Below, piece after piece: positions 51,613-64,000 of a stretch of DNA of 64,000 nt. Within the stretch, counting starts at the first letter, position 1. Each line of letters starts with the position of its first letter. The translations under genes were made by a program, and so were the position numbers. Origin of the DNA: Phoronis australis (lineage: Eukaryota; Animalia; Phoronida); contig NMRA01000100.1 of the NCBI GenBank assembly GCA_002633005.1, positions 270,302 through 334,301 on the forward strand. The letters are read 5' to 3'. Below the pieces are notes generated by a model. That model made no database searches. It saw only the letters and a list, made by a program, of their open reading frames with translations, and had not been told where the DNA came from.

Positions 51613-53101
51613 TGACAGGTTCTCACGGGTTAATTAGCTTAGGTGTTTACTGTACATGTTTAGTTTAAAGTTATCAATTGTTGCCTCTTGACGTATGTTT
51701 AGCTTGGGTGTTTACTGCACATGTTCAGTTCAAGGTTATTATTGCTACCTCTTGACATATATTTACAAATGATCCCAGCCCTAGCTAATCTTCCCCATTG
51801 GTTAGTTTTATATTTGGCGCACATTCTGATTGGTCGAATAGGTTGACTTATACGATCTCACCAGTAGGTTTTAAATACATCAAACGAACAGAAGTGCTTT
51901 ACTCTTCGAACCACCTCGGGTTTTATTCATACACAATATAACCCACGTATGGTCGGAAAGTTAAATTACCCAAGAAGTTTGGAAATTTTTCTTTGTAATT
52001 TCAGACTGGATTGACAGGCGTAGAGCAAAATAGTCACCTTATCAAGACTTAACTGCTAGAGTGCACCTTGATAGTTACAGTTGTACGTGTTTCAGTTTGG
52101 TAGGATATCTGAAGTACCAGTACTTGTGACCGAGCTATGTGCTTTCCATTAACGTCGACACTTGGGTGTAGACGGGGATCATCGGTCTGTGGGAACGTTG
52201 GGTAGAAAGTAACACCTCAAATTTACTTGGTATTAAACCGGGGATCAAACAGTGAGCCGTCAACCCGTTGCTACAGTGTTAACGCTCAACCATCGAACCT
52301 ACAGTTACAGAAACGTAAAGTACCTCAAACTGCCAGAAATGTTTTCCTTTCAAAAGCAACTTTCCTTACCAGGAGGAGGGATCTGATAGCAAACGCCCAA
52401 AAGCCCTCGAGCATCAGGGGCGCTCGTTCGCTACCACTTGTTACCGAGTCATCCGAATGTGACTTTTGTTTATTTTTTACCCTTTTAATTTCCACGTTGT
52501 TCAACATCCATTCCACTGTAACAGTCGTACTCCTGCCCTGAGACAGAGCCGTAAATACCTGACTGAGGTTGTATCGATTGCATAAGCGGGGTGTATTTAC
52601 ATTTGGCTCTAGTCGCATTGGGAGTTTACTTTCCGCACAGCTTAGTCAAACACTCCCCTGTGCAACTGGAGTCCAGTACTTGGGCTGAAAAACAGTTGTT
52701 TTGGCGTCAAACTATGCTTAAATTTATTGCGTAACTCACGAGTGTAGTTCCTTTCTTAAAGTGGTAGTTTGAAAGCTATTATATTGTAGTTAATATGTAT
52801 ACGCATGTGTTGAATGTTAATAAAGTTTTCTTTTGAACCACATTTCTTTTTATTTACATTTCTTTTTATTTCATCCCGTAAATTCCTCCATAATTCGTTT
52901 AAAAAACGCTCCCACTTCCCCACAAAATTTTGAGAACACAAAATTTTCAACTTCGGCTATCTTCGAAAAAACGTCACTATAGGGAGGTGACCCGATCATT
53001 GCCGAGTCTGTCCATAGTATTGTTGTGTGCCAAGAGGAGTACTTTTCTTTTTTCGAATTTAAACATTTTTAAATTAAACTGGAGTAAATATTTGAAGAAG
53101 A

Positions 53102-53326
53102 ATGATGCTGGACCGGTGTGTAGTTGGAGGCTGTAACAACACGCCGTGGGCTGGGGTATCTTTGCACAAGTTTCCCACTGATTCAAGACTGCGTCACAAG
53201 TGGGAAGACTTTGTGAAGTCCACAAGTGAAGCGTCGCCGTATACGGTAGTATGTAGCGAACATATTTCTATGGACTGCTTCGAGAACAAAAGCCAGCGAT
53301 CCGAGTATAGTTGTAAATCAGGATAA
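53102..53326 (+). CDS. THAP zinc-finger ORF, probably transposon-derived
   Basis: RCVVGGCNNT...SLHKFPTD..LRHKWEDFV...VVCSEHI..DCF: complete C2CH signature with conserved P and W. Confidence 0.7.
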   Translation: MMLDRCVVGGCNNTPWAGVSLHKFPTDSRLRHKWEDFVKSTSEASPYTVVCSEHISMDCFENKSQRSEYSCKSG

Positions 53327-56300
53327 GTGAACTTTTAGACAGTATTCGAAACGCTACATAACGTCCCTTTGCGGAAGCTGGTAGGCCTTGGGCTAGTATT
53401 GAACCTAACATTCAAAATGGCGGATAGCATCGACGGACACTGTCGGACAGCATTAGTGCTAGAAGTAGCCACTAGATTGCTTTTCTTTTGATTTACGGTT
53501 TTTGCAACATATGTGTTTGTAGGTGGATGTTCTGAATAGCTTGATGCTCGTTACCTGTCGATGCAATCCATTAAATTTTAGCCTAGTTGATCGCTTGCTG
53601 GACTGAATGAACAGTAAGAGTAGGGCGGTTGAACCAAATAGGAAAGATAATGCATCCCAATCAGTAAATCAATAGAAATTGAAAAATTATCAAAATCGCG
53701 TTAAGCAGTGCAAAGTTATTGCAATTTTTGTACCGAAATTTGGGTAATTTGTTAGGATCGGGTCGGCCATCTTGGACGACAGCGGTTACGATTTGAAACC
53801 GTGTATAAAATATTTTCGCCAATAATTTACGATGAAATTTAGTGAGAAATATCTATACCTAATATTCTGAGCGATTCAACAGTTTTCAATAGATTTCCGC
53901 CACGCAGATGTTACTTATTGCGTGATAAATGTGCTCGCAATTCCCGTTGGACTGTCACTTCCGGCGACACCGACATGGCGACTAACGCTGAACAGAAGGG
54001 TATGTTCAATCGGCTATTTTGTTCTTGGTGAAGATTTAACTTTGATACATTTTGATGAAAGCTGCTATACAAAAGCAATTTTGCGCAATGTTTACGTTTT
54101 TGTGCAAAAAGTATAAGGGATATTCTAATTATTGCAGTGTGAATATCCCATTCAGTTGACCATACACTCAACTTAAAAATTGTTGAAATAGTTTTGAAAT
54201 AGTTTTACTAATTTCGCTTCAAGGTTTGATGACGTGTCACGACATAATTCATATTTTTCCAAATTTTACGTAGAAATCGTTCTTTTAATACACGCGCAGT
54301 AACTTTTTGCTTTCTTAATTCAAGTTATCATGGCAACAAAGTGTAAAGACCCTTACTTACAGTAATAGGCTGTGATGGATTGTGGAGCTTCAAGCCTCCA
54401 ATCCTTGTTTCTTGCAATTTCTTATTTTATAAATCATGCTTGTCGAATTTTAATGTCAAGAAACACCTGGTCGCCATGGTAATAATTAGGCAAGTCCACT
54501 TTCATATCATGTAAATTTGTCGTGTTTTTGGATAACGTTTGTAATGCTTAAATGTTTTAAAGTACTGTGCATTATAAGGTACTTATTTTGCTACAAGATT
54601 AGATCATTTTGGCTTACATATCGTGTTTACTGTATACTGAGATTAGTTTAGTTTAGACGTATGTACAGTAGATGTAACCTTCAACAACCTTGAAAGTCTT
54701 TTATTTAATTTGAATGATTAAATCATAATCGTCTTCTAGTTTGTTCTTTCATTTTTATGACTCATTGACCAAAGCATGAAAGATTTAGCTTGCCATAATG
54801 AACGCCTGTAATATGTTCACTGGCATCTACAGGTAATATTTCTTGATGCCAGCCCTGGGTTTATCATCATTTCAACAGATTAACACATGAATATAAAAAA
54901 CAAAAGTTCCATTTAAGCGTTTATGCAATTCTGTCATTTTGATTACCACCTCCACTCAAATTTCAATTACATATATGGTTCAGTTAGAAGGTGACATCAT
55001 TTCTACTCACTGTTGAAGAATAAAAAAGTTAAAACTGTAAGCTTTATCACCTTTGGCACACTCGTCTTTACATTTCGTGGGCAAAAAACAATTGAGTTAT
55101 GCCAACACATAGAACTGAAAGGAAATATCTTATGAAGCAAGCAAAATACTGAAGAGTTGACTGCCTGTAGCCAGTGAGCTCATCTGATTGCAATAACACA
55201 ACTGTCTCCCTGGTCTGACATTACAGATGTTTATGTAACCGTGTAAGCCTGTTTCTCGGCTGAAGTCGGATAAGGTCATCACCGCTGGGCTTTTCTAATT
55301 AACTACGCTTCGCGGACAAGAACTGTCCTGTGCAACAGATGATACAATATGCAATTCTTTGTGTTGAAAAGCAGTTGTTTTGGTGTCAAGCAATGTCTTT
55401 AAAACACCAATTCTGCAGTTTTGTGTATATAACTGCGTAGACTTATCGAAAAGTAGCCAGTACTCAGCTCTGTTTTAAGGGTTGGTTCACCGACTCGTGG
55501 AAAAGGTCTTACGAATGCTCGAAACATTTACGCTCGTCATTTTACGAGCGTGACAGACGAGCGTAAGTTTAAAGGCGTACCGCCACTTTTCACACGAGAC
55601 GTGACCTAGCTGCAACATAACTTCTCATTGGGCATGGCGATTACGCTCGTAAAACGTTGGAGTGAAAAGTGACAACGCCCGTAACCTACGAACAACACTT
55701 TCCCTCTCGCTGGTTCCCTGCGTGCCGCTAGATGGGGCGGTAGCCCTGGCTGGGCAAAGCACGCAGGGAAACAGCCAGCACTTTCTCTCCGACAATAAAC
55801 CCCAGTTGTCGCGTTACAATGGCCTCCAATAACACTTTTTCGGGTCACAAATCTTGGCAATGAATAGCCATGCCGTAACAAAGACCGGTTTGGCCAAAGT
55901 CAGCCGGAGGTTGTTTCACTACTGTTTATATAAATCTAGTCCATGTGTACATTATGCAACACCGAAGATGGCTGAAGCATTGCTGGGAAAAGTCCTGGAC
56001 ATCGGTCATTTACCCCGAAACAGGGAGTGAAAGAAAGATATTTGCAGTTTTTGAGCAGTTTAAGATAATTTATTATGTTTGATGGAGAATATTGAGTTTA
56101 AAGATCAGTAGACGTGGCTTGGTCCATTACCGCGTTTAGATAGAACTCAAAATGACACGAACAACACTGAAGTAGTGCGAGGTAGCACGATAAAAAACAT
56201 GGAGTGCGTTCTTGTTTCCTTGTTATTCAGTACATATAATATATCATTCTAACTTAAGTATCCTGTAAGAAGTATAATACTCCAAAGACTAGTGTACTGT

Positions 56301-59150
56301 GTGTAGGATAAAGTTAGCATCGGTGCTACGCATTACTACGAAGAATAACACCAGGTCAGTTAATGTGCGTAAGACTGAGTGAGCTTAATAACGGTGTTGC
56401 CGTTAAAGACAGACATCCACGTGGAATTTTAAGTAAAAGACAATTATTTTGGAGAGGGGATCAGACTGTTCCTTTACGATTGAGAGGGCTAGCCTCCGAT
56501 GGTAAGCTGAGGGACTCCATTTAACAACAAATCGTGAGCCAGAATAACGGATCAGAACCGGCGTCTAGTCTCTGCTAGGAACTAGTCTCATTTATGTAGT
56601 AAGCCAACACCGAAATGTATTATCCCCATGTTCGACATTTTCAGATGAAAAAAGCCACATTATCTTGTTTTAATGGCCGTCAAATGCAATGCTAAGCGAC
56701 CATTAATTTTATACTTTTCGGATAACTGGGCATCATTTTGTTCCGTTTTCCGCTTTCGAGCCGGAATCAAGAAATGGCAGTTCTTGGTGACTGAGCCTAC
56801 AGTTGAACGAGATAGCCTTGCCACCTGGTGACAGGGAAGCAGTCAAGCCAAGACCGAAATGTTAAAACCGTCCACTGCAAGTCCGTAATGATAAAGAAAA
56901 CACTTGGTGTGAACGGTATAACTTTAGCACAGGTAGCGAGGGTGGTTTTGCGAGCAGTGGTAACGGGTATAAGCAGTTGTCAAGCATTTTAGTTAGTAGT
57001 AGCAAAAACGTCAATAGTGTTAATGGTACTTTACTGACGCCTACTCAACCCAAATGTGCTTCCGGGCCCAGCGTGGATTTCGCAGACGCAAAATTTATTA
57101 TTTTTATTTATTTGTTTGTATTTTATTCAAGACATATGCATTTAAGTAAAAACTTTTTTTTGACTTTGAATGGAAGTTTTAAAAATATTGTTCCTCCAAT
57201 AATATTGGTCTTTTTTCAACATGTTGACAACGGTATTTTCGAGAAAATCGTGTCTCAGATTTTTGAAATATTTAATTATCGACTGTTGAAAGCATTTTGA
57301 ACAAAAACGGCCGTACTCTTGATTTTTTAAAGGCTTCATTCCGAAAAACTAAGCCTTCCTAAGTCACGCGAGTTGACTAGCGTGTTCACCACGAACTAGT
57401 GGTAGCGCACTATACGCAGACAGCTACATTACAAATGCGTTGCCGTTAGCAAGCGAACATCAACTAAAAGTAAAATAAAATTGCAGTGATGAGGGGACCA
57501 GTCTGTGCCGATGTTGAGAGGAACTGCATTCGTTACTGGATCGAATCTCACACTCCTTGGTAATGGATTAGGCTTGTGAAATTCAATCCCAACAGTGTTT
57601 CTGGAACGAACCATTAAAGAATGCTCTATTCATGGATGCTCCCAGCAAACAGGCCCCTTTTTCTAACCCATTACCAAAATGAGAGGTGTCATAATTTTTC
57701 ATCCGCACCCCCTTCAAAATATAGTCGCCTACTTCATGCCGACAACCAAGTGGTAAGAAATGGCTGTAGAAGTTGGACGGCAATGGCAATATTGTATTTT
57801 AAGAGCTGCCAATAATTTGTTCATTAGCTGCAGGCCTGATTAAAATGTTCTCCACTTTATAAGAGCTTCGAAAAATATTCCCAAAATCTTGTGTTCCAAA
57901 ACTTTTAAGCACTTCAGTCACATTTTCAATTACTATTTATTCAAGATAATACTTTTCATTTACGTTCTGACGTTCACTTTATATACCTTTTGCTGTTTAA
58001 ACGTCTTTTACAGCTTAAAAATTAGTTGTGATAATCAGTTTTGAATTTTACTCAGTGGAACCAAAAGTGCAGTAGTTGAACCATTGCAAGGTGTTTGTAT
58101 TATAACAATTTCTTTATGCATGCCGACAGAGGGACACGCTCGCTCGAACACATTCAATATATGTTCTTTGTCTGAGTCTACACCAAACGCTTGGACGGTT
58201 TCAATGGGTGAAGTTATAAGCAGACCAGATATGTCTGCTGACAATTACTGTCAAATAGTAACCAAAGAAGAATTTCATATAATGACTCTCACAAGTGTTA
58301 TTAGAAAAAAGCTCACCTTTTTTAAAAGGTGATGTTAAAACATCATCATAGTAAGTCTCATTTTGTTTTACAATGAACGGAGAATTTTTTGTTTCACTCA
58401 GGCGTTTTGATCCCGCTGGACGAAACCAAAAATTTAATGAACGAATTGTATGTAATATAATACAATTATGAAATAAATGGGTGACACCACCTTGTTCAAA
58501 GCAACTGCACTCTGGACGAAAACTACAGAATTGAGTGTGCGACAAAATAATATTTAAGTTGTTTCTGGTCCGGTCTCCATCAACCTGATGCAATCTCCGA
58601 ACTTCAATTCAAACTTCAACTTAGTTGTATATTTTCTGTTCTACTTAACTGTTAATCTAAGAATAATGGTTTGAACCATGTCTGAAGCCTGCGTCTAGGG
58701 GTCATCAAGTGCAAACTTAAGATTATGAACTCGTGTAGATAAAACAAAACCTACTCAAGCACAGTAAGACACATTTCTTGAGTTCTTCGTAACGAAATGG
58801 CATTGAAAATTGTAAACATAGATAGTGCATTTAGAACAGACTTTTGAGTTTGAACTCAAAATTGCAAAACAGCATGTCATTTTGTGTCACGCCCACAGCG
58901 CAGTACTAAATCACCTAATCAACACAGGGCAGTCAAGGTTTTGTTTCATCAGCTAAAAAAAGCCCCCAGCCAGCTACTCAAAATATAACTGCTTCCTGTA
59001 TGATATCATCCGTGCAAATTTTACAAAACAAAACGAATAACGTGACATGCACCATATCACTCTCAAACTGAACAGTTTTTGTTTGAAGACCCACAACTTC
59101 ACACGCATCACTTGTGTCACGTTTTTCCCCGTGTGTGGGTGGGCGCAGGT

Positions 59151-59902
59151 TGTTACAGACCGGTGCTACTAGCTTTCGGTGCGAAGATTGACTGAAGACT
59201 GGTTCGAGTTAATCCTTTATTAATCTCGACCGTACGTTCACAAGCCTACTCAAACAAAACGTCCGACGTAATGTCTGTTTATGCTCCAGCCAGTGCTGCG
59301 AAGCCTTGACTTGTATTGAACTTCTGAGATACTTCCAGCAACTGTTACACTCGATTCAATAACCTGCTGTCTCTATAGCTGGCTCTCTATTGACTATCGC
59401 TGTAACTGCTGATTCTCTTGACTGCAACTCAACTGTAGTTCTCTTGACTAACTTGCTTGAACTTACTTGATCTCTCAACTTGATCTTCTTGGGCTCAACT
59501 CACTTAATCTTCTTGGACTCAAGTGACTTAAACTGACTAACACAAACCCGTGCTTGTGTATTTATAGCCTAATGCATTGTTCTGGAACTTTTCATCAATT
59601 CAAGCACATACCAGAACTTTCTGGAACCTACCCAATCTTTCTACAAACATGTACTAGTCTCTAGAATATTCCAGACTTCATCAATCACTGTCATGCTACA
59701 GTCTTCTAGAAAGTTCCACACTATACTGTAGTAAACAAATTACATCATCACTGTTCTGACCTCAGTCTTCTAGAAAGTTCCATACTATTCTGTAGTAAAC
59801 AAATTACATCATCATTGTACTTAACTCAGGGGTCATGCAAATCAAACTGAATAACAAAACAAAACAATACAACTAATAATAATGTCAGACTATATTCTGA
59901 CA
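59151..59902 (-). mobile_element. Solo-type LTR (~750 bp, Gypsy-like)
   Basis: Minus strand begins TGTCAGAATATAGTCTGACA and ends TGTAACA. It has an internal ~65-bp tandem duplication, a TATA box (ctataaata, ~59560-59570) and AATAAA (~59216-59221) in the expected order. No direct TSD was found. Confidence 0.7.
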
Positions 59903-60279
59903 ACCTGACGACGTCTAGTACTGGCATGTTACTTTCATGGAGATGTTTAGAAGTTGTGTGGCAAAATGGGATGTCTTTTTAAAAATCCCGATTTTTAAAG
60001 AACATTTTTGTTATCGTTGCTAAGGCCTTTTTCAATTGAATATTAGAACAATGCACCAAAATTTATTTCATTTCCTTCAAATGAGCTTTTTCTCAAACAA
60101 ATACATGTTTTTGTTTAAGTAAGAAAATTCAAATGGTTAAGACGGCAACAAGTGCTGCATTTTGCCTTTCAAACTTTTTGGGTGAAAAGAGTTGGATTAA
60201 TCGCCCAGTCTATTATTTGACTGCAAGCGAAGTATGCTGCACACCTTTAAATTAAGAGTACAAAGGCTGGCCCAGGGAC

Positions 60280-60686
60280 CTGGGCCCGGTCTCCAATCTT
60301 TTTACTCGAAATGGAACTCGAAATTAGGTTTGGCATTTTCTACTCTACTTTTGGGTGAACTCAAGATAAGTATCTATTATTCTAGGCTCGAGTACACAAT
60401 AACTTACGTAGATAATTTATTGCCCTTAGTTCACAGTTTGTAAACCCAATATTAAAGCAATAAGTTCGAGTTTGAACTCGAAATTTCGAGTTTTTACTCG
60501 AGTTAATAGCACGAATATAAGGGTCTTCAAGGGCAAACTTGAACTAGAAACTCCTATGCATAAACTATAATGTATTCGAGCACAGTCTGATAACCAATTA
60601 TCTTAAGTTCGCACAAAAGGAGCAGAGAAATTGCCAAAAATAGTTTTGAGTTCGTTTCGAGTACAAAAATTAGAGACCGGGCCCTG
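60280..60686. mobile_element. Foldback MITE, copy 2
   Basis: Near-identical to 28483-28895, with the same TIRs. Confidence 0.9.
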
Positions 60687-61799
60687 AACGATCGTCTTTC
60701 CATTCGAAAATTATTGTGAGCGGCATCTACTAGCATTTGAGGCAATATCCCGAATTTTGAGAACCAGTTTGGTGTCCGTTATTCTGAGAGCAGAAAACTG
60801 GTTCTCACCGATGCAACAGGGGAAATCCATGTGACAGCTCAGCAGGTTTTCCACATACTGGAGGCCTTAAGTTGCCCGCCTCAGCCATGTGACGTCACCC
60901 ATATGTTCATAGCATGATACCTCATTTACGGCTGGTTACAACCAAAGATATAATATAATTACACCAAAGACTCGGTATACAACTTTGTTACAACGCAAGT
61001 TTCGGCCAGCAGTGTAGACGCAAGCTATGTGAACGATTGCAAGTATCACTTTTTTTCTGGCGCTTGGCTCCAAAATTCTACTGGCGCACGAAAAGGGGGC
61101 ATGTGTTGATTTATCGTTAATCAATTTATTGCAGAGCAGGGTGAACGCGCTGTGACATCAATTTTCGCTTTAATAGAAATTCGGTTGAAGAGGAAGCAAA
61201 CTAACTGCTAGTGAAAGGCATCGGTTTTTACGCGGACAGCACGCAAGTCTTCTCGATTTTATCGCTGTTATTGTGGTCTCCAATTGTTAGGGGGTGGAAA
61301 ACAAAACAGTGCGCGAGTATTGGCTGGGATGAGTTTGATACGTGAATCGCGCACACATCAACATAGAGGCCATTTCCTATACACAACATCTTGTGAAATC
61401 AGTGGTGATAGGCATCTACCTTATTAAACAAAGTTAAAGTTTCTAAATATCTAAAATCAAAGGAGTCGGTTGAAATTCTTACGTCTTGTATGGAATCAGT
61501 GAAGCGATGCGAAAACAGATCGTAGAAAGGCACACGACATTGCCTTATACACTTTTGCCTGCCGCGCCTCCTGGGTCAGTAGGCCTAGACTACTACATAT
61601 ACACCGCCTGTGACCAAGACCCAGAGCGGAATTTAATTTGCATTTGGCAAAACTAAAATTCGCCGCACTGGTCGAGGGAAACGAAAGCGAGATATATATT
61701 TACCTGCGAGCGCCGCTGCCTCTTGCACAACGAAGGTCGTCGACGACACCAAGCTAGCCTCCATTTCGGCCGTTCACGGAAGACAGTGGATTGTTATAC

Positions 61800-62150
61800 A
61801 ACCTAGGCGAGTCATCAAACCAACAGTCCTTTGTGTTGGTGTCACGAGTATGACATAAACTCATCGGCATGGCCATTTACTGCCAATATTCCAGCCTTCA
61901 TTGCAGACCATGCCCAAAGTCCAATGTCGAGTTGACCCGCGCCGTTCAATGCGGTCAGGCTGGCGGAGGTCATGTAAACAAATCGAATGACATCAGTTTC
62001 TGCTCGGCTTATTGAAGGATTCGTACATGGATATTGAGTGTATTTGTTTGTTCGCTCCATTCAGCAACTGCTGTGCCGTAACTGCTAATCATTTCACTGG
62101 GGTTGCTTACCGTACGGACACAACAGACGCTCGGCGAGAAAATCTAGCGC
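61800..62150 (-). mobile_element. Possible degenerate Crypton-like tyrosine recombinase C-terminal fragment
   Basis: YPCTNPSISRAET resembles YTNHSIRAT, and ILAVNGHADEFMSYS resembles I..VTGH....+..Y. Confidence 0.3.
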
Positions 62151-63818
62151 GATCATGTGGTAACGCATGCACGATGTCTCGCAAAGACATGCACGACTTT
62201 GCGTATTCGCTCGATTCAGTGCGCCAGATGTCTAAGATATTTGGGGGAGAGCGATAACCATCCCTGCATGTTGGCATGTTGTTTCTCATACGTAGGCCTA
62301 CTGTACACTTGGAAAGTAATCGTGACAACTGAAATCGACTACATATATGTACATGCCAGTGTATAAGTAGCAGTGGCGGATCTAGGATATCACAAGGGGG
62401 GGCCAACATTTTGTCCGGCTGTGAGCATTTGCGCCCACCACGATTGTAGATGCGTATAGCACCGAATGGGGGGACCCCCCTCCCGCCCAGGAAATTTTTC
62501 TGTTTTTCCTCTAAAAATCAAGCATTTTCCTTGATTCCTGAAGTATTATCCAAGAAAAAAAGGCAAAAAAAAAAAAAAAAAAACGCGGAGCACGTGCCAA
62601 ACAGGAAAACTGCAAATACCACAGACTCGAAGTCACAACCTGGCGGTTAGAGCGCGCGTGCTTTACCACTACCCACCACGATTTAACTACTAATGTGACA
62701 CGAACAGACCTACTTGTTTGTAGTCCACAGCGTTTGCGCGCGAAACCCACTTCTTTTTGTAATGCTTATTATACGTTTTATATTTTGTGCAATCGGTTCT
62801 TAAAAAATTTGTTGTATTTAGAATAGTCTTCAAATGCCCAAAAGACCAAATCCGTTTTTCGTGTTGGCAATAATGACGGGATTGAGTCGGAAATCGTCTA
62901 AGTTAAGGTTTGACAAAGAGAGAATTATGAGTTTCTGAGTGATTCACAAAGGCTTCGATTAAAATTCACATCTTACCAGCAGCTTCTGTTTTTTCATCGT
63001 CACTCAGGTTCCATTTTCTTTAAAAAATGAAGTAAATTTTCTTCATTGCACAGTGGAGCAGACGACGGAAACGGAGTCGTAGTGCGTAGCGCCACTGCCG
63101 TTCGCCTGGGATATCGCGGGAGAGCCTATACTTAGTCATAGCAAAGACGCTAACAAGACTATTCACCAAGGCCGCCGCCATTATTGTGTCATGGACCGTG
63201 GCGACACCTAACGGGTGTGTGTGGGCCAACGAAGTACGTAAGGCATTCACTATGGCCGATCTTAGTTTGCCAAATTCAAAATTGTCAGTGAAGTGTCTTT
63301 GTTTAAAAAATTAAAAACAAAAAACACGAACACTGTAATGAAAAAATACACATAGGCAAAATATAGAGTAAACCAAGAAAAAATTTGGGCAGCAAAGGTA
63401 ATATAAATTACGAGAAATAAATCATAAGCAAGAGGGAGACTCAGTAATAAGAGCTGAGCTGATGAAAGTAGGTTATTGGAGAATGTGCATGTACCAAACC
63501 TGTAGGATTTTGTCCAGGGGGGTCAGGAATGTAATAAACATCAAATGGATCTGCTGAAGAAGAGATAGGAGTGGGGGCTGCCCCTCAACCAATTGAAAGG
63601 TTGGGGGCAAAGATAGCTTTCTTCCCCCAATATTCCAGGTGTTAATATCAATTAAGTAACAATTAATTATGTAAGCTTTTAGCACACAAACTTTGTTTTA
63701 AATGAAATGGAGAAATTAGTAGATCTTTCTTTCGAAAATTCATATCTTAAAAACGTTCTAGAATCAAGCAGTTGTGTCTGTGCCCAGTTACATAAAACTG
63801 TCCCAAATATCGACCCAA

Positions 63819-63977
63819 CAGGGCCATATCCAGGATTTTTTAAAGGGGGGGTCGGATAATGATTTTTTAAGAAAGGTGGCCCAAGTCAACAATTTGAAAA
63901 TTCTAGCATTGATATCACTACAATCAAGGAAAATGGGGGGTCCAGACCCCTTTAACCTGCCACCCTGGATCTGCCTG
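63819..63977. mobile_element. Degenerate hAT-like MITE
   Basis: cagggccatatccagg ... cctggatctgcctg with the G/C-rich internal tracts seen in the other cagnggcgga MITEs. Confidence 0.45.
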
Positions 63978-64000
63978 TACTCAACTGAGTTGGTAAATCT

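Larger units (their letters stand above)
49879..51945 (+). mobile_element. BEL/Pao LTR retrotransposon, internally deleted (gag plus protease stub between two LTRs)
   Basis: Direct LTRs at 49879-~50233 and 51613-~51945, both starting TGACAGG, with an internal ~70-bp tandem duplication. PBS and BEL-type gag lie between them. No RT, RNase H or integrase. Confidence 0.92.

Noticed and set aside
52540-55460. Weak similarity between ~52540-52750 and ~55200-55460 as possible LTRs around the THAP ORF
   Set aside because: Low identity, no TG..CA ends, PBS or TSD. More likely two old copies of a dispersed repeat.
63250-63700. Possible LINE 3' end with Cys motif (similar weak traces at 31380-31680 and 47700-48160)
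   Set aside because: Too degenerate to support boundaries or family.

Overview
Eukaryotic (metazoan, probably marine invertebrate) AT-rich, repeat-dense draft-assembly sequence with two N gaps (16785-17170, 43829-43896) and several single-N junctions. Two host genes can be supported. The first is a partial + strand FANCM locus: helicase C-terminal exons at 8724-8930 and 9798-~10014, plus a 15-nt exon remnant at 7605-7619. The second is a four-exon - strand SLC16/monocarboxylate-transporter-like gene (26430-34784). The rest is transposon debris: a degenerate Academ(X) element, Penelope fragments, a gag-only BEL/Pao LTR element, a solo-type LTR, a THAP-bearing Kolobok-like element, a hAT-like element and several MITE families with 5-bp TSDs, a Helentron-type HINE, LINE tails and microsatellites. 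No CRISPR array, rRNA or tRNA gene was seen. The most unusual signal is in the FANCM intron 8931-9797. It is almost entirely a ~54-bp tandem array whose unit copies the downstream 3' splice site plus the first 21 exon nucleotides. This creates a ladder of decoy acceptors, each leading to an in-frame stop. All family assignments come from motif recognition by eye; no database search was run.
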